Positions 37,975-52,600 of a stretch of DNA of 64,000 nucleotides are shown in pieces (positions within the stretch are counted from its first letter, which is position 1; every line of letters begins with the position of its first letter). Both the position numbers and the translations under genes were made by a program. Origin of the DNA: Lingula anatina (taxonomy: Eukaryota > Animalia > Brachiopoda). Below the pieces are notes generated by a model, which was not told the DNA's origin, did not search any database, and saw only the letters and a program-made list of their open reading frames with translations. Location: assembly GCA_051362555.1 (NCBI GenBank), contig CM120647.1, forward strand, positions 12,438,651-12,502,650. Reading direction: 5' to 3'.

Positions 37975-40895
37975 TCACACTTTCGTATTGTTTGGCGACT
38001 CATCAGACTCCAAAACATGTGAAAAGCATTGTTCTAATACCTCGCTTCCGTTGTTTTCCGCCAAGGGACCAATTACTCTACATTTCATGTCGCTTAAATC
38101 GAACTCGCCTTGACAATCGTTCTGTTTACACAGGGTAATATCAGAGTCATTCTTGCCGAGCGCCGCCATGTCTACACTGCCCGGCAGATCGAATTTACGC
38201 GTGCTTGGGTCCGTCGTCTCTTTAAAAAAACCGTGATTGGTATACATAGTCAATACAACAGCTTGGGCCTGATTCGGGTACCCTCCTCTCGGGTATAATG
38301 TAAGAGGGCGCCGCTGAGACGCTGGTAACGAATCTTGTATCTTTAGGAGCTTCTTAAACTCCGACCTGAAAGAGTCCATCCTGAAGGCGTAGATGATTGG
38401 ATTGACTGCCGAGTTTGCAACAGCGAGATGCGTCACGTGACTGCGCCAGTTTTCCCATGTTTCGGAATAAATCAGATCAGCGTAGATTTGAATGGCCATG
38501 ATAATGAAGAACGGGTACCAGCACAGGATGAATAGACCAATTACAATGGATGCGGTTTTGGCAATCCTTAGGTTGAACCGGAAGGTGCTGCACCCTGTGT
38601 CTCCAGGCATGACCCTAGTTGCCTGGTCGTGCGATATGCTAAATATCTTCCAATACAACCCCACCATACACAGGGTGTTAATTATAAACAGTGGGAAGGC
38701 CAGCAAACCCAAATATTCCCATCTCATCACCTTGACAAAATCACACTCGTCATCCGGGATGTCGTCCCAGTCATTGTGCCATAGCATCGGCAAGAACAAA
38801 GAAAAAGCTAAGGCGGCGACCCAAATAGCTATCACAATGCGACGTGCCCTCGTTTTCGTCATGATCACGTGATAGCGTAGCGGGTACACGATGGACACGT
38901 GCCTGTCCACCGCGATGGCCAGCAGGAGAAGAACTGAAACCGTGAAGGTCACTTTTATGGAGCAATACCTAGAAATGAAAAAAGTGAAATTGCTCAATAG
39001 AGCAAGAAGCTGATGACTAAAATAAATCTAAATGTATTAAAATATAACGCAAAATCAAGGAAAGATATCATAATGATAAGTTTATTTAAAATCATATCAG
39101 GTTGAAGTTGTGAAAATTTATGAGCTCAAATAAAAATTAAACATAGAAGATAACGTTAAGATTTAAATAGCTCAAGTTCAAAATAAATACAAACCTCTAA
39201 AAGATAGTTATTAAACAAAATTGGATAAAAATGTTATGGAATCTTTCATTCATATTTTTTGGTACAGAATCTAGATAGGTCTTGAATTAAAATTATATTT
39301 GGCATTCCTTATATTCTGAGAGAAGAAATTCCATAGCTTTAAGCGCTGGTTTTCTAAAGTTCTAAGTTTTGCTTTTGCCAGGGCATAAACAATCAGGAAA
39401 TAAATGTACTCGACTGCCAGACAGGACAAGCTATTAATATTAAGTTTGCAGGGAATGTGAGCCCTGTGCAGACAGTGTGGAGTAATGGCCAGTGTACATG
39501 ACAGCCTGTTGATGTTGGCAATACTTCACCTGTCTCTGGTGGCGCTGTCATAACCTCTCTCACAGACGTTTATATTTCAAAGCTTTAACGTACAAACATA
39601 AATATATATATGAGCCTAATGCAAATTAAATCGGGGTCTATTATCAATCTACAAAAAAAAAAAAAAAAAAAAAAAAAAGAAAATGGTATGATGGTCTCTA
39701 TTGCCGGACAAACCATGAGCATAATAAACTCACAAACCAACAGAGCAACAGAATTGCGAATTTTTGAGAAGTAAAAATGCAATACTCTCTTTGAACTTTT
39801 CTTTCATTATGACTATTTGGGACTGAAAACGTGGACAAACTCACATGAATACTGTGCGTGTGAAATTACTAGGTGTTTAATAAACACTTGGGTACAAAAC
39901 ACAATCATAAAACTCAAAACGAATTAAATATCTGTGTGATAATAGTATCGAAATGGATAAAGTGCTATTCCACTTATGGTATTATATATAAAGCAGATGC
40001 AATCTATTTTGATAAGTAACATATAGGTAGTTTTAAAAACTTATTTCTGGATCAAACTTTTTGCTAACAAGTCAATTACGGGGGGTTTATAATCTTCATT
40101 AATTGATTTGAAATTGAACACTTTGAAATCCTTAAAAATATGAAAAACGGGTCTATTCAAACAAATAATTTTTATCAACAAGGTTATATGTGGAAGTCAA
40201 AAATCTTCTAAAATCATACAAGGGGTTATTAAAGAACATTTTGGACAATATTAAAGGGATAATAACTCTTCGAAAATGAATTTTCCTGGAGTAAACAACA
40301 ATTTTCCCATACTTACCAATGGTCAATGAATCCATTTTTACATTCAAAGTTAGTCCCTGGTTTTTTTTCTAAAAAGTTTTTTTTTTTTGTTAAAATCTCT
40401 TAAGAGATTTTAACAGAGTATAGCCATCAGTGGAGGTCACGTGGTCTAAATACAAGCTCAGATATCAGAATAATATCTATAACTTCCGTTTTTGTGGTAT
40501 AACAGAATATATTATATTTATATGAGTTATTCACAATGTTTTTATTGTAAAATATAGATCTCATATGAAGAGTTATTATCCCTTTAAGTTTATTCCGAGA
40601 AGGAAGAAAAACCTACCCACCTGAATAAACAAACATATATGTTCTCCAACATCGGCCTGTATAGGAACATAGAAATATGCATTGGCATAATGAGACCAAT
40701 ACAAAAGTCTGCAATTGCTAAGTGCATTATAAAGTAATTAGTGACAGTCTTGAGACTCTCACAACGGTGAATGGCTGCAATGACCAGCGTGTTGCCAAAA
40801 CATACCACTATCATCAGCACGGCTTCCATGATAATGTTCAGAATGATCGTTGAGGAAAGTTGATTTGGATTCCCGCCATCAGTTTCGTTGTGCAT
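37975..40895 (-). CDS. Class A (rhodopsin-like) GPCR, orphan, adenosine/GPR119-like grade, 422 aa, 2 coding exons
   Basis: Exon 1 is 40895-40621 (MHNET..GNTLVI..TNYFIMHLAIADF..CLFR). It joins across a phase-2 GT-AG intron to exon 2, 38968-37975 (YCS..AVDRH..PLRY..IW..LP, CDF, CWYPF, NSAVNPIIY, FR helix 8). Seven hydrophobic segments and an N-terminal NET sequon. Confidence 0.93.
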
Positions 40896-43233
40896 TTTGA
40901 TGATTTGTCGAAGAAAAATTAGTCAAAACAGGCGTTCAGAAGAAGGGGGGAAATTCAGTTAATAAACCTTGTAGACCGCCTTCAACTATATGTACATTTA
41001 AATATCATCTATCTCGAATAGAGTACAATATTGCAGGACACACTGTCACGCTCATAAGGCGACGCAGACCACTGTTAAGTACCTTTAGCTATAACAGGCA
41101 CACTTGTTGATGTAGTCTTCAAAATGATTGCAACTTTCTCCAGTGTAATTTATCCGCATGCTGTTCATTTGTGCGTAATGTCACTTCTTCAAAGGTACTT
41201 TCGGCATTATGGCCATTTCCTTGCTTTTTGAACATAAATTTTCGAAGCTTTTAGGCTTTTAGTTTAACCCTACGACTTTAGCCCCTGCACGCCTTAGCGG
41301 TTGAATTGGTAATCCGCTATTGGCCAGTGCTTGGTTCCATTCCTTCTGCGGTCTCCTTATCTGTTTGTCATTGATATTTGTCTCCAGTTGCGACTGTCTC
41401 TGTCAGTGTTGGCTTCTGTAAGTTATGGTTTAAATTACATGATTAAGCTCCTACTATGTGCAATGACATCTGCTTAGTAGCTCAACTGGGAGTTATTTCC
41501 TCATGGGACTCGTTAACACAACATAATCTTATATATTTATTTCTATATCGGCGTGCCTTTTAGCGTAAACCGCTGTTTTATATTTAACTCATGAAACAAC
41601 ACACGGGGAACCTACGCATGGCCTCAAATGACGTCAACACTCTGCCGTGACGTATAAATTAGTGATTTTGCTGAATTTTAGTAAAAATTGACTTTAGCCG
41701 AATCTAGGAACCATAATATGGCTCCTAGGTCGAATATGGAAATATTTTCATGGAAATGGAATGGAATAGGTTTATGGTCTCATATTTAGACTGCTTAGCT
41801 GCAATCCCCTCCCCTTTTTTCTTTATTCTCCGTGCTAAAAGGTCAGAAAAGGGAACGTTGGGTGGCATTACGCTGATTATACAATTGGTATCATCCTATA
41901 ATTAAATCATTTTGAACGGTTAACGTTGCCTTTGAAAAGAACATAGCGTGAGGAAAATAATCAAGTTAACGTTGCTCTTTGATATTTTCTTGGTTATGCA
42001 CTACACCACACAAAGAACTAAAACAGATAAGTATAGGCTTAATTAGTTTCCAGCAAGTATCGCAAAATGTGGCCTGCCTGTCAGGGCAATGCGGACTCGT
42101 GTCAGTTGCAGAGCACAAAGTCATTCACAATTATGGGTAATTACCCGATTTGCCCGTCTCTACTTCTGCAAATTTGCCACTTTAGCGGCGTTTTCAAAGT
42201 TCAACGGGGAAGCAGAGCTGTTTCATTATTATGGCAATTCCCGTTTGCCTAAGCCACTGTGCTTGGAATGTTTGTGCCAAACCAAAAGGTTGATTTTTTT
42301 CCTCACTTTTGGTAGAAAATTAAGTCGGACACGTGCACACTGAAGAATCTCGCATGATAAAATTGCTTCGTTCATAATATTTATGAATACCAGAAGGTTA
42401 AAAGCTTCAAATTCTGTTAAATATAAACATTTACCGTGAATCTCGTGTGAAAAATAAGAAAACAAAAACAATGTGCTCTGACATTTACATAAAGGTCGCA
42501 CTCAAATCTCTCATTCTTCATGTTTACATTTATAGACATATATCTATTACACTGACATCCTTTCAATAGAAAGCACTTCACTTCATAATAATGTCACAAT
42601 TCAATATCAAACGGTTCTGACTATTGTAGAGCTCTGGGACCGTTTTTCTATACCTTCCGCCGCTCTTAAGCACCATGGTAACAGAGCCGAGTATTCAAAA
42701 CAAGGAACCCGTTAATAAGTCTCCCCTGTCCCTGGAGTCATGTTTACCGGGTCGCCATTTTCTAGAAGAAACAACCAGAATTGCCAATCGATAAGTGGAC
42801 TGTCTTTCACTGTGTTCGTATTTCACGGACAAGTCTTATATAATTCGTTGGGGCCTTGAACATAAGTGCAAGTAGCTAGGGATAAAATCTATTCTGGACA
42901 GACGAGGCACTGCGTCTCTTTGCATAAGTTGTTTTGAAAGTATTTGTCCAAATGAAGTTATTTATTGTAAGGGCCTCCAAATGTTGAACGACGAATTATA
43001 ATTTGGGAGAATAAACATCTTACTTGCAGGAACTGAATTATTATAAAACCCATCTGTTCAAATAAAGGTTTTATAGGAGTTTTTGTCTTATTTTTTGTGA
43101 CAAACGATACATTTGGGGTCACCGGCATCTCAGAGAAGCAATTGTTGAAGTGAATCTGTCATTTTCAAAGTAATGACCTTTCTTCCTCGTAAGTACTCTC
43201 TGGAAATTATGCATTGTGAACATCATAGTCTCG

Positions 43234-43273
<40 letters not shown>

Positions 43274-43738
43274 CAGTGAATTATTTTAAAACTCCTGTGT
43301 TCAATAAAAAATTCAAAGTAATTCACGTTCTTTCTTATGTTACAAGATGAATGAATTGTTATTAAACTATGCATTGGGAGCTCTGCACAGATTAAGGTAT
43401 TGTAGCAGTAATGGTCTACGACGAATGATACATTTAGATAGACAATATCTCAGGTAATGAGCTTTATTCAAAACCATCTGTCCATGTAAAATGAAACACT
43501 GCCTTTTTCTCCATGCGAAATCATGAATTGTGAGAATTAATACCTCAGGAAATGGGTTTTGAAAATCTTTGTTCTAATAAACGATGCTCAGAGAAGATTC
43601 GATTCTGGGAAAAGTAATGCTGGTAGCTGAATTGGTCCCATTGGTACCTTGCAGATACTTGTTTGGCTCTTATCTAACTCAAGATCTTAAAGGCCTATCA
43701 GCTGTCGAACACACACACACACACACACACATGACATG

Positions 43739-43842
<104 letters not shown>

Positions 43843-45311
43843 CATATATAAATTGAGAATATATTTAGAATATACATCTCTAGGGTACCACTCCGTTTTG
43901 AAATATATCATATCTATTAATGGAATGGCAATGATGTGTTTGACCTGGGTAATTTGGGTGACAAATACGTAACGTCTGCCATTACACATTTCGACAAGAA
44001 TGATAGCAGTGATACCAATTATGGAGACTGAGGTCGATGTGACAAATACAGTGGGTTGATACTTGGGTCATATGTACTGTATACTAGGAGACAGCTGACG
44101 TATGGGAGTAATTCATTGCCAAAATTCGCGCTTGGGGAAAAAAACGTCATGAATTAGTCAGACACATATCATTTAATATCCAGTGAAAAAATATGATAAA
44201 TAAACAAATAAATGTATCTAGCTAAATCTGAATTTTAAGTTGTCAGAATTTTAAGATTTGCTCCATAAGCCGTTGCTTAGGAAATCGGAATTTACGTCGC
44301 TGGCCTATTTTTACATCAAAACTGGTCCCTAAAATATATAAGGCCTCTTTATCTTCTATCCTAGACCAAAATTGATGTAATCTCTTCACACTTTTCTAAT
44401 AACAAAAAATTGTGAAATGATTTAATGGCAAGTTACGTAAACCTATACTTATGGACAAATCGTCTAAATTTCAAGTCCGTTAGTGATGATCTCCGTTTTT
44501 TCGAAAGGGACTTCATTTCATGAATCCAACTTTAACACTAACGTTCAACTTGGCAATCTTTTCTTTGCATCGATTTTTGGCCAGCTTTACTTAGTATTCG
44601 ACATAAGTGAAAAATTGCCTTGTAAAATAAACAGCTTTTAGACTAATAATCATTTAGTTCCAGCGTATTCGACCCAGTGCATCCGAACTAATGCATTACA
44701 TCGTGACAAATAAATGACCAATGTTTCAGCTTCATTAATCATAGATGCTTCGTCCCGCGCTGTTGGGTCTCCAGATTGCTCTACGGGATATAATGGTCTT
44801 CATTTAATGAAATTCTTACCAATCACCGTGTTTGGTTAATCATGGAGTTATCTTGTGATCCATCATAATTAAGTATAAGCACGACTTTTGTGTCACTGGG
44901 ACATCTTGGTTTTATTACGAATTAAATCTTGATGATGAAGGAGAATGTGTCACAAATGGATTCCGAGTTTCAGGCAATGGGCTTTCTTTTGTGTTTCTGC
45001 ATGTGCAGTATTGTAATTATTTTCAAATTAATACGTGTAGGAAATTTTAAAAAAGTCGTGTCACGAATGCACCTCGAGTTTGAGAAATTATTGGAAAGTA
45101 CTCATCCTATTATTCCTGCAGTCGGTGGTAATGGTGCGGGAACGGGGCGAGTTTGACTTGATTAATTAAAACGGTGGGGGGGGGGGGGGGGGGGGGCATA
45201 ACAACATAACACCCCGCCAACACCAAAGCATAACGCGTTTCTCTTACCTGTGATTCTTTTTTCAGAAACCGACAAACTCATTTTTATAAATTTCATAATA
45301 AAACATTGTGC

Positions 45312-45317
45312 TTTATT
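45312..45317 (-). terminator. Candidate polyadenylation signal of the CCP2/3-like gene
   Basis: tttatt on the plus strand, ~1.3 kb past the stop codon, at the boundary between CpG-poor and CpG-richer DNA. Confidence 0.35.
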
Positions 45318-46622
45318 TTTATTTCATCTCAACAAGTCTCACTTCATGGTACCTCATAACTGTAACCCTGACAAACAACCACAACTGATACCCAATATAC
45401 AAATGTACAGGGACTTAATGTGTAAAAATATGACATATAGTCCGAACTGTAACTTTGACCTTGTCAAATCTTTTGGACCTGAATAAATAGAAAATACAGA
45501 TATTTATGTGTGATGGTGCAATCACACATTATATGAAAAAACAATTGAAACTTAAAAAAAATACAGATAGACAACAATTCACTTTCTTCTATTCACTTAC
45601 AAACAAATTTAAATGCATTTTTATGCTGACTTTTGAGTGAACTTCTATGAAACCCTTTTAAGTTCATTTTTAGGCGATTCTGATCAGCATTTTCATGTCC
45701 TTCAGAAGATTAATAAACCACCAAAGGATCTTTAGAATCTCCAATTACATCTAGGATTGGTATTTTTATGAAATGAATGAAGAGTAAAACAATACTTTCA
45801 ATTTCTCTCTTCACTGCATAAAAAAAAAGGAAGAGACAAGGGAAATCTCAAACAATTTTCTGATTACATTTTCTGTCTTTCAAATTGGATGGCATTTACC
45901 AAGCATTGCAAGTAGTCTTGTCACAAAAGAAAAAAACAAAAAAAAAAAAAAAAAAAAAAAAAAACTCATACTTGGTTAGGTTAGAGTGACATATATGCAG
46001 ACTATTCACTGAAGTAAGGGGGAGGGGGTTGAAGGGCCCTTAAAATAAATTGTATATAGTATCACAGACAATCCTCAGGTTCCAATTTCTGGTAAACACT
46101 GCATTTTCATCTCAGTAAATGCCAACAATTGATGAACCCTGTTGCCACTGTTAAATGATCAAGCATGTGCTTGTAATGCATATTATTGATTTTACATTTC
46201 ATGAGTCCATCTATATCCAACCACCATACCATGTCTGTAATGTAAAACTAGTATTTCTGTTTAATACCAATTGAGAATAGTTAATTTCCACGCTGTTTTT
46301 GTCCACGTCTTCCATAGGATTAATTTTCTAAATCTTAAAGGCTTTTTCCAATGATTGCCATAGGATATTTTACTCTTGATCTTTTTTCCTTGAGATCCTG
46401 TATGATATATTCTCTGACTCCTATAGGAACCATGATCTGAAAATACTATTGGAACTTATTTTCCATGAATCCAGTAGTATTCAATTGGCTTGGATTCATT
46501 ATCCTTCTTTCTTATAGGATCTTTTATCCTCGTGTCCACATGACTTTTTGTCAGACAAATATATTAAGTTCTTTTAATGTTCCCAGCAAGTTCATTCTTC
46601 AGGAGCCATTTCAGTAACCCCT

Positions 46623-49600
46623 CTATTCACAGGTGCTATGACGCTCTTGCTTGGACCATCTCACACCAGTGTCCCCAATCTGAAATTATGAAAAAAAATT
46701 GCCATTACTTATTGAATCTAAACAGAATCAATCAATAATATTCTCTAAAATAATGCGTGTTGAGTAACACATGAAATACTCATTTTCTTCAGAGTGACTT
46801 GGAATTTTTGTTAGACAAAATAAATTGGAACTGAAAAAGGCAAATCTTTGATAAGAAAAGTACTGGAATGACTGAAAAGTTTGAGAATATTTACTACCAT
46901 AGTATCCTTTGAGAGAAAATGGTTTAAATACTGGAAAAATCTTAAGGATAAACAAGACGGGGTGGGGGAGGGGGGTTGGCAAGGGGAACAATAAAAAAAA
47001 CATAATTAGACAAATTATACAAGAACAAATAACTCACAATCTATGGCTGCATTCACAGCACTGAACTAGCTCGTCCACCGATCAAATATGGCCGACCAAC
47101 TTATATGCTTGTTGTGTAATCCCTGCAGGGAATCTATTCAGTGTCTTTAAGGGGATTAGATGGCAAGCCTTCAAGTGGGTTGCCATATTTGATCCTTGGA
47201 CTAGTTAGTCCACTGTTGTGAATGTGGCTATATCTCACATTAAGAGGTTGGGTGACAGTGATGTGTCTGATACTGTCTAGCAAGGCATCGGTGTATTCCT
47301 TGGACATCACATGGGGTGGCGCATTCCTACTGGACCCAAACAGTTCACTTGGTCCTCGGCCACTCCTGGCGGGGATGAAGGCGTCGGTCTTGGGGTGGCT
47401 TAGGTGATCCCAGGCTGAGGTGATAAATTCTTCCTGTATAGAAAAAACAACAGGTGATATTATAATACACAAGGTGATTCTAATACCCTGAATAGAAAGC
47501 AAAAAGGTGATATTATTATACACTAGGTAATTTGTATAACCTTAATAAAACACAAGTAATTAATTTGTTTTTCTTGAAAAAAAAAAGAAGCAATTTGCAT
47601 AGCCTGCATACAAAATAACCAGGTACCAATGTACTACATTATTCTTTATCATCCTGTCTTAGAGAGACCATGGAAGGCCTCTTATAGAACCCAGTAACCT
47701 GTATATAGCAACTTGCACAGCCCATATACAAAACCAACAAACAATTTGTTTATCTTTAATATAATGGAAAGAGGCAATTTGTATATTAAAGAGTGATGAT
47801 AACTGCACGCCACTCCATTAGTAAGATTAACATTTCTTTTGGTACAGTTTCTGAAAGTTTTCAAACACTTGCTCTGAAAATTCCAACAAAACTGATTTCA
47901 AAGTCATATTTTCTAAAACAAGATTTACATTTGCAAAATAATTATATTTTCTAATAACCTTTGACTACTGACCTTGAATGAGGGGTTGTTGACTTTTAAC
48001 ATAACGTATGATAACTGACCTCAACTGAGGGCTTCTTGACCTTTGACAGAACACAACTATTTTGACTGAGGGGTCTGTGACCTTTAACATAACATGTTAT
48101 AACTGACCTTCTTTGATGGGTTAATGACCAATGACATTGCACATAACTAACCTTGACTGAGGGGTCATTGACCTTTGACACCAGTTTGGCAAGATAGGCC
48201 TCGTCAGGGTGTACCAGTCTTGTTGGGTGCATGGCGTGGGGTTGTCTAAATGGAGGCTTGGACTTCAGAACATTTCTTGATGAGAACTTGCCAAATACAC
48301 TGTTATATCTAAAATGGGGAAAAAAAGAGGGGCATTAACTAATGAAATGGTTGTTATTGGGGAGGGGGGGGGACTGGATAGAAAATTTTATTGCTACATT
48401 TGTGGATAACAATACAGCAGACAGTTTTCATTCACTTAGTGACTGGTATTTAATACATTTTCTATTCCAGGTTTATTTCATTATTCATAAAGATATTAAC
48501 AGACACATCTGTACCCTAGAGAGAATAACTTGACTGTTGCACATACAAAGAAAACAAAATCAATAACACTGTCTAGGAATAAAACTCTATTACACCTTGT
48601 TTTTTTATTTAAGATATGTTCAATTCTGGCCTCAAACCAATCACAATCAAAAAGCAAAAATATCAAAACAGTTCACATAAAAAAAGGCTTTCAGTTCAAT
48701 TAGCATCTGTGAATTCTTTTTTTCCTTTTAATGTTATTGCAAACACACATAACATAAACCATATCTCTATTCTACTAATTTACCTATCCACTTAGAGGCA
48801 GTACAGTATGGTAATCACTTGAAATTTTCACCTGCATAAGTCTAATAACAAAATTTTACTTTAAATTTTCAAAATTTTATCATTTTCAAACTGTCATAAA
48901 AAATTTGACTTTTCAACACTTCAATCAACACCAAAAAGTGTTTCCAAGAAAGGAATTATTTAGGGTTAAATTATTATTTCTAGTTGTATGAATCTATTCA
49001 GTAATTACCATACTATTCTGAAGCAAACCAAACAGACATGAGATATACTTTTAAGAAAAAAATTCCAGAAAAGTCTAAAATATACAATATCCTGAGCAAT
49101 TAGGGTATGTTGACTATGGAAGACCAAATATCCATTTCTTTTAAATTACGAAAAACACTCATGCCTTAGAGATGTTATAAGTTACATTTGATGTCACATA
49201 ATTGATAAAAGTTTGGTAGTCTAGAGCTACAAAAACATGTTAAGATAAATCATTTGGTTAAAGACAGTTTTGGCCAGAGATGGCATGAAATGTTCATGCA
49301 TAATCTTAAGCTGTTAGAATGATGAACTGTATATTTGCTGGAAGCATAAACCCCTGCAGATAAAGCCAAAAATATCAGAGTCAAAAAGGGGGCATTCAGA
49401 ACCTTACTGACCAATACCAGTATTATTCTAACTGACAATAAACACCATGAGTCACAGTTTCCTGATATCTCACCTGTATTACCCGTATGCTTTGTCTCCT
49501 TTGTTATTTCACAGATTACCTACTAGTAGGCCTCATTCACAGCCAGTTGATCCACGCACTAACAGATTGGTGGATCAAACATGGCCGACCAACTCGAAAG

Positions 49601-52600
49601 CTTGCCACAAAATCCTCTAATTGACACTAAACAGATTCCCTGTGGGGATTATGCCACAAGCCTTCAAATGGGTCAGCCATATTTGATTCACAAATATGTT
49701 AGTCCGTGGATCAACTTTACTTGTGAATGCGGCCCTAGAAAAGGCTGATGTATGCTGATAATGGAGGCAAATTTTCGGAAACCCTCCAAAACTCAGGGTG
49801 TTCCATGTAGCAGATGACCAAATTATTAATATGGTGTTTAATTAGAGTTCTCACATGAGATGGGAATCCAATAGAAAGTCCTCTATAATCTGGTCACCTG
49901 ATGATGTCATTTAGACCATTACTGGTTTAGGTCAGTACCACGTACCCTGAGTTTCTCAGACTGGTGTGTTCTAGCTTTTTTATCTTCAAATATACATACA
50001 TGCCTACTCAACTGGTAAATATCACATCCATACAGATATTTGAACATGAAGAAGCTTTTTTCACACCAGTTCATGGGAAATTTGGGGTACTTCCAAGCTG
50101 AATGCTTCTAAACTGAAAACCAAAATATCATGTCCCCAATGGAGGATCAAGACGGACTCCTCGACTCTACTCACCCAGCTGAGCCTATACTTGGTCCTTT
50201 GCAGCAAAAGTGAGATGAACAGATAGAATGTCAACTACTAACATGTACATTTTCTGAAACATCATTTGTTGGCACTTGTGCCAAACTATCTGTCACCTCC
50301 ACCTTTAATATTATTTTATTGAAAAACCAGCTTCAATTTTTTTTTAATAATCAATCTCATACCTTTCTAATGTATTAAATATACAAGGAGGTTGAATCTT
50401 TTTTATACTGTTGGGTTATTAAAATGTTAATACAAACTTTCTTAAAATTAGAAATAACCAAGACAAACAGCTAAAGTCACATTCACAGCAGGATTGACTT
50501 GGTCTGGAGAACAAACTAAATGACATCACAAGGGATCTAGACTGTAATATGGAATATAAAATTCCACTGAGAGTGGATATATATTTTTTTAAAATCTTTA
50601 AAAGCATTACATCCTTGAAAGGAGCCTCACAATTTTGTCTGTTAGAGTCCCCTTAAACCTAGTGATGTCAATCAGTTTATCCCTGGTTCAAATTAGTTTT
50701 GATATAAATGCACCCTCACAGGTACCACACGCAACATGCAGTGAGATTATAATACATCAGTCAGTCAACACAATCCAAATTCATTCATTATTTTAACTGT
50801 GCAAAACAGCACCACTCTGTGTCAAAGGTTAAGATAGTCTTCTCTGTCATCCACAGAATATTTTCAATGGCGAATTAAAGCCATCGTTTGGGTCTTCTCA
50901 AAGACAGTCAGAATTTTCAAATTTTCATAGAAGGGCATCTAATTTTTTTTTGTCGGAAGACAGTCAAAAATCGAGGATGAATAAAAATAATTGGAAAGAC
51001 TGTCAGAAAAATATCTCCGGATCTGCCCCTGATTTTAAAATTTCATGAAAGGTACTGTTATATAGTAAAATGGATGATTTGCTTTTTTTAAATTGACTTT
51101 AGAAGACTATCAGTCATAATTACTACTGGTGACTGAGATACTGCACTAATATATATCAATCAACCATGTAAATTTGTTAAGATATTATAAGATATAATAT
51201 TATCAACTGAAGAACATATGTCAGCAGTCTGTGCCTTAAACCTTTTAGCCCACTGGTCAATGAGACTATAAGTAGATTTCCAAAACTACAAGACTAGTGT
51301 GAATCAAAATTATCAATGGCAATTTCAAAGATGATATCTAAAGGTAACAGAAAATAATAATCTAATCTGATCACATAAGTACTGGTATTAATCTAAAAAA
51401 TGAATGAGATTTTTCTAGTCTGGCACTAAATCTACTAGCCAGTCCTCAGACCAATGGCTGACACAGCAGACTGCCCCTATCCTTGGGAGCGTTCAGATAA
51501 ACCCATTGTACCAGCTGGTTCTATTGAACTCTGAGGGAGTTCTCCCCAAGTGCAATCACTGTAATCTGCTTAAATGTCTTACATGCCTCCGCGAGTTGCT
51601 TGGGGGTGATAAACAAGTGGACTACCTACTCAAGGAGGCATGTCAGACAATTAAGCCAATTACACTGAATGTACATTAGTGGGATATTGAGAATCCCTCA
51701 CACAGTTGGTACAATCCAGCTGGTATAATGTTTGAATCTGCCTGCGGGCTTTGACACTACTCACTTGGTAACCTGTGGATCCACATCAGTGATGAGCTGC
51801 TGGTGAGGCTGGTACACGGGGACGGGGATCAGAGGGGGTGGAGGGGTGGTACAGCGGTTGGTATAGGGGGTGGACAGGGCACTGAGGGGAAGGGGGGCAG
51901 CACCCCCTGCCCCTGGGGGGTTGTGATGGTCAGAATCAAACCCACTCAGAGAATCAGATTCACTACAACGAGAAAAGGGTAAAGACTGACATGTGATGGG
52001 TGACCAATAAGCAACCAAATGGTTATAATACATTGATATGAAGATATGATAAATAATAAATGAAAATCAAAACTTGAAGAAGATGACGACAACCACAGCA
52101 GTGTTTGGCACCAATACTCAACAACATCTGCTGCATTCACATCAGTGCTGACTTAAACCCGAAAGACTTTAAACCATTTGATGTCACCAAATAACTCACA
52201 AATTTTAACATTTTTGTTTGCATTGCTCGTTTATATTAGTGTGACCTTGAAAGAAAAATTAACCAAATCAACCAAGTAAATCTTGGCTGACGAGGCTCTG
52301 AAACAAAACACTGAGATACAAGGAGTTTCAAAGAAAATTCTGTGTAGGTGGTACTAATGATCCAGATAAGTCCTATTCGGGTTTAAGTTAATCCCAATGT
52401 AAATGCAGCTAACAGGTTCTTACACAGCCTAAGGTGGTATGTTACCATGGTAAAGATACTTTATTGTGAAGATATCACGGATACGCAAGGACTCGCACTA
52501 TCAACGTATGAGTCACTGTCACTAGCTTCACTGAATTGAAAAAATACAAGAACCACTTCACTCACTACAGAAACAACAATCATATAACACATGTCAAGTG

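Noticed and set aside
41629-41636. CRE palindrome TGACGTCA upstream of the GPCR
   Set aside because: A single 8-mer that also occurs in introns and exons in this window; insufficient evidence.
50175-50196. 22-nt candidate microexon in a CCP intron (aag|…|gtgagt)
   Set aside because: Weak AAG acceptor, frameshifting length, and no supporting homology.
52280-52335. Minimal hammerhead-like CTGACGA-GGCTCT-GAAAC
   Set aside because: No credible stem III or stem I pairing; it lies inside a MITE.
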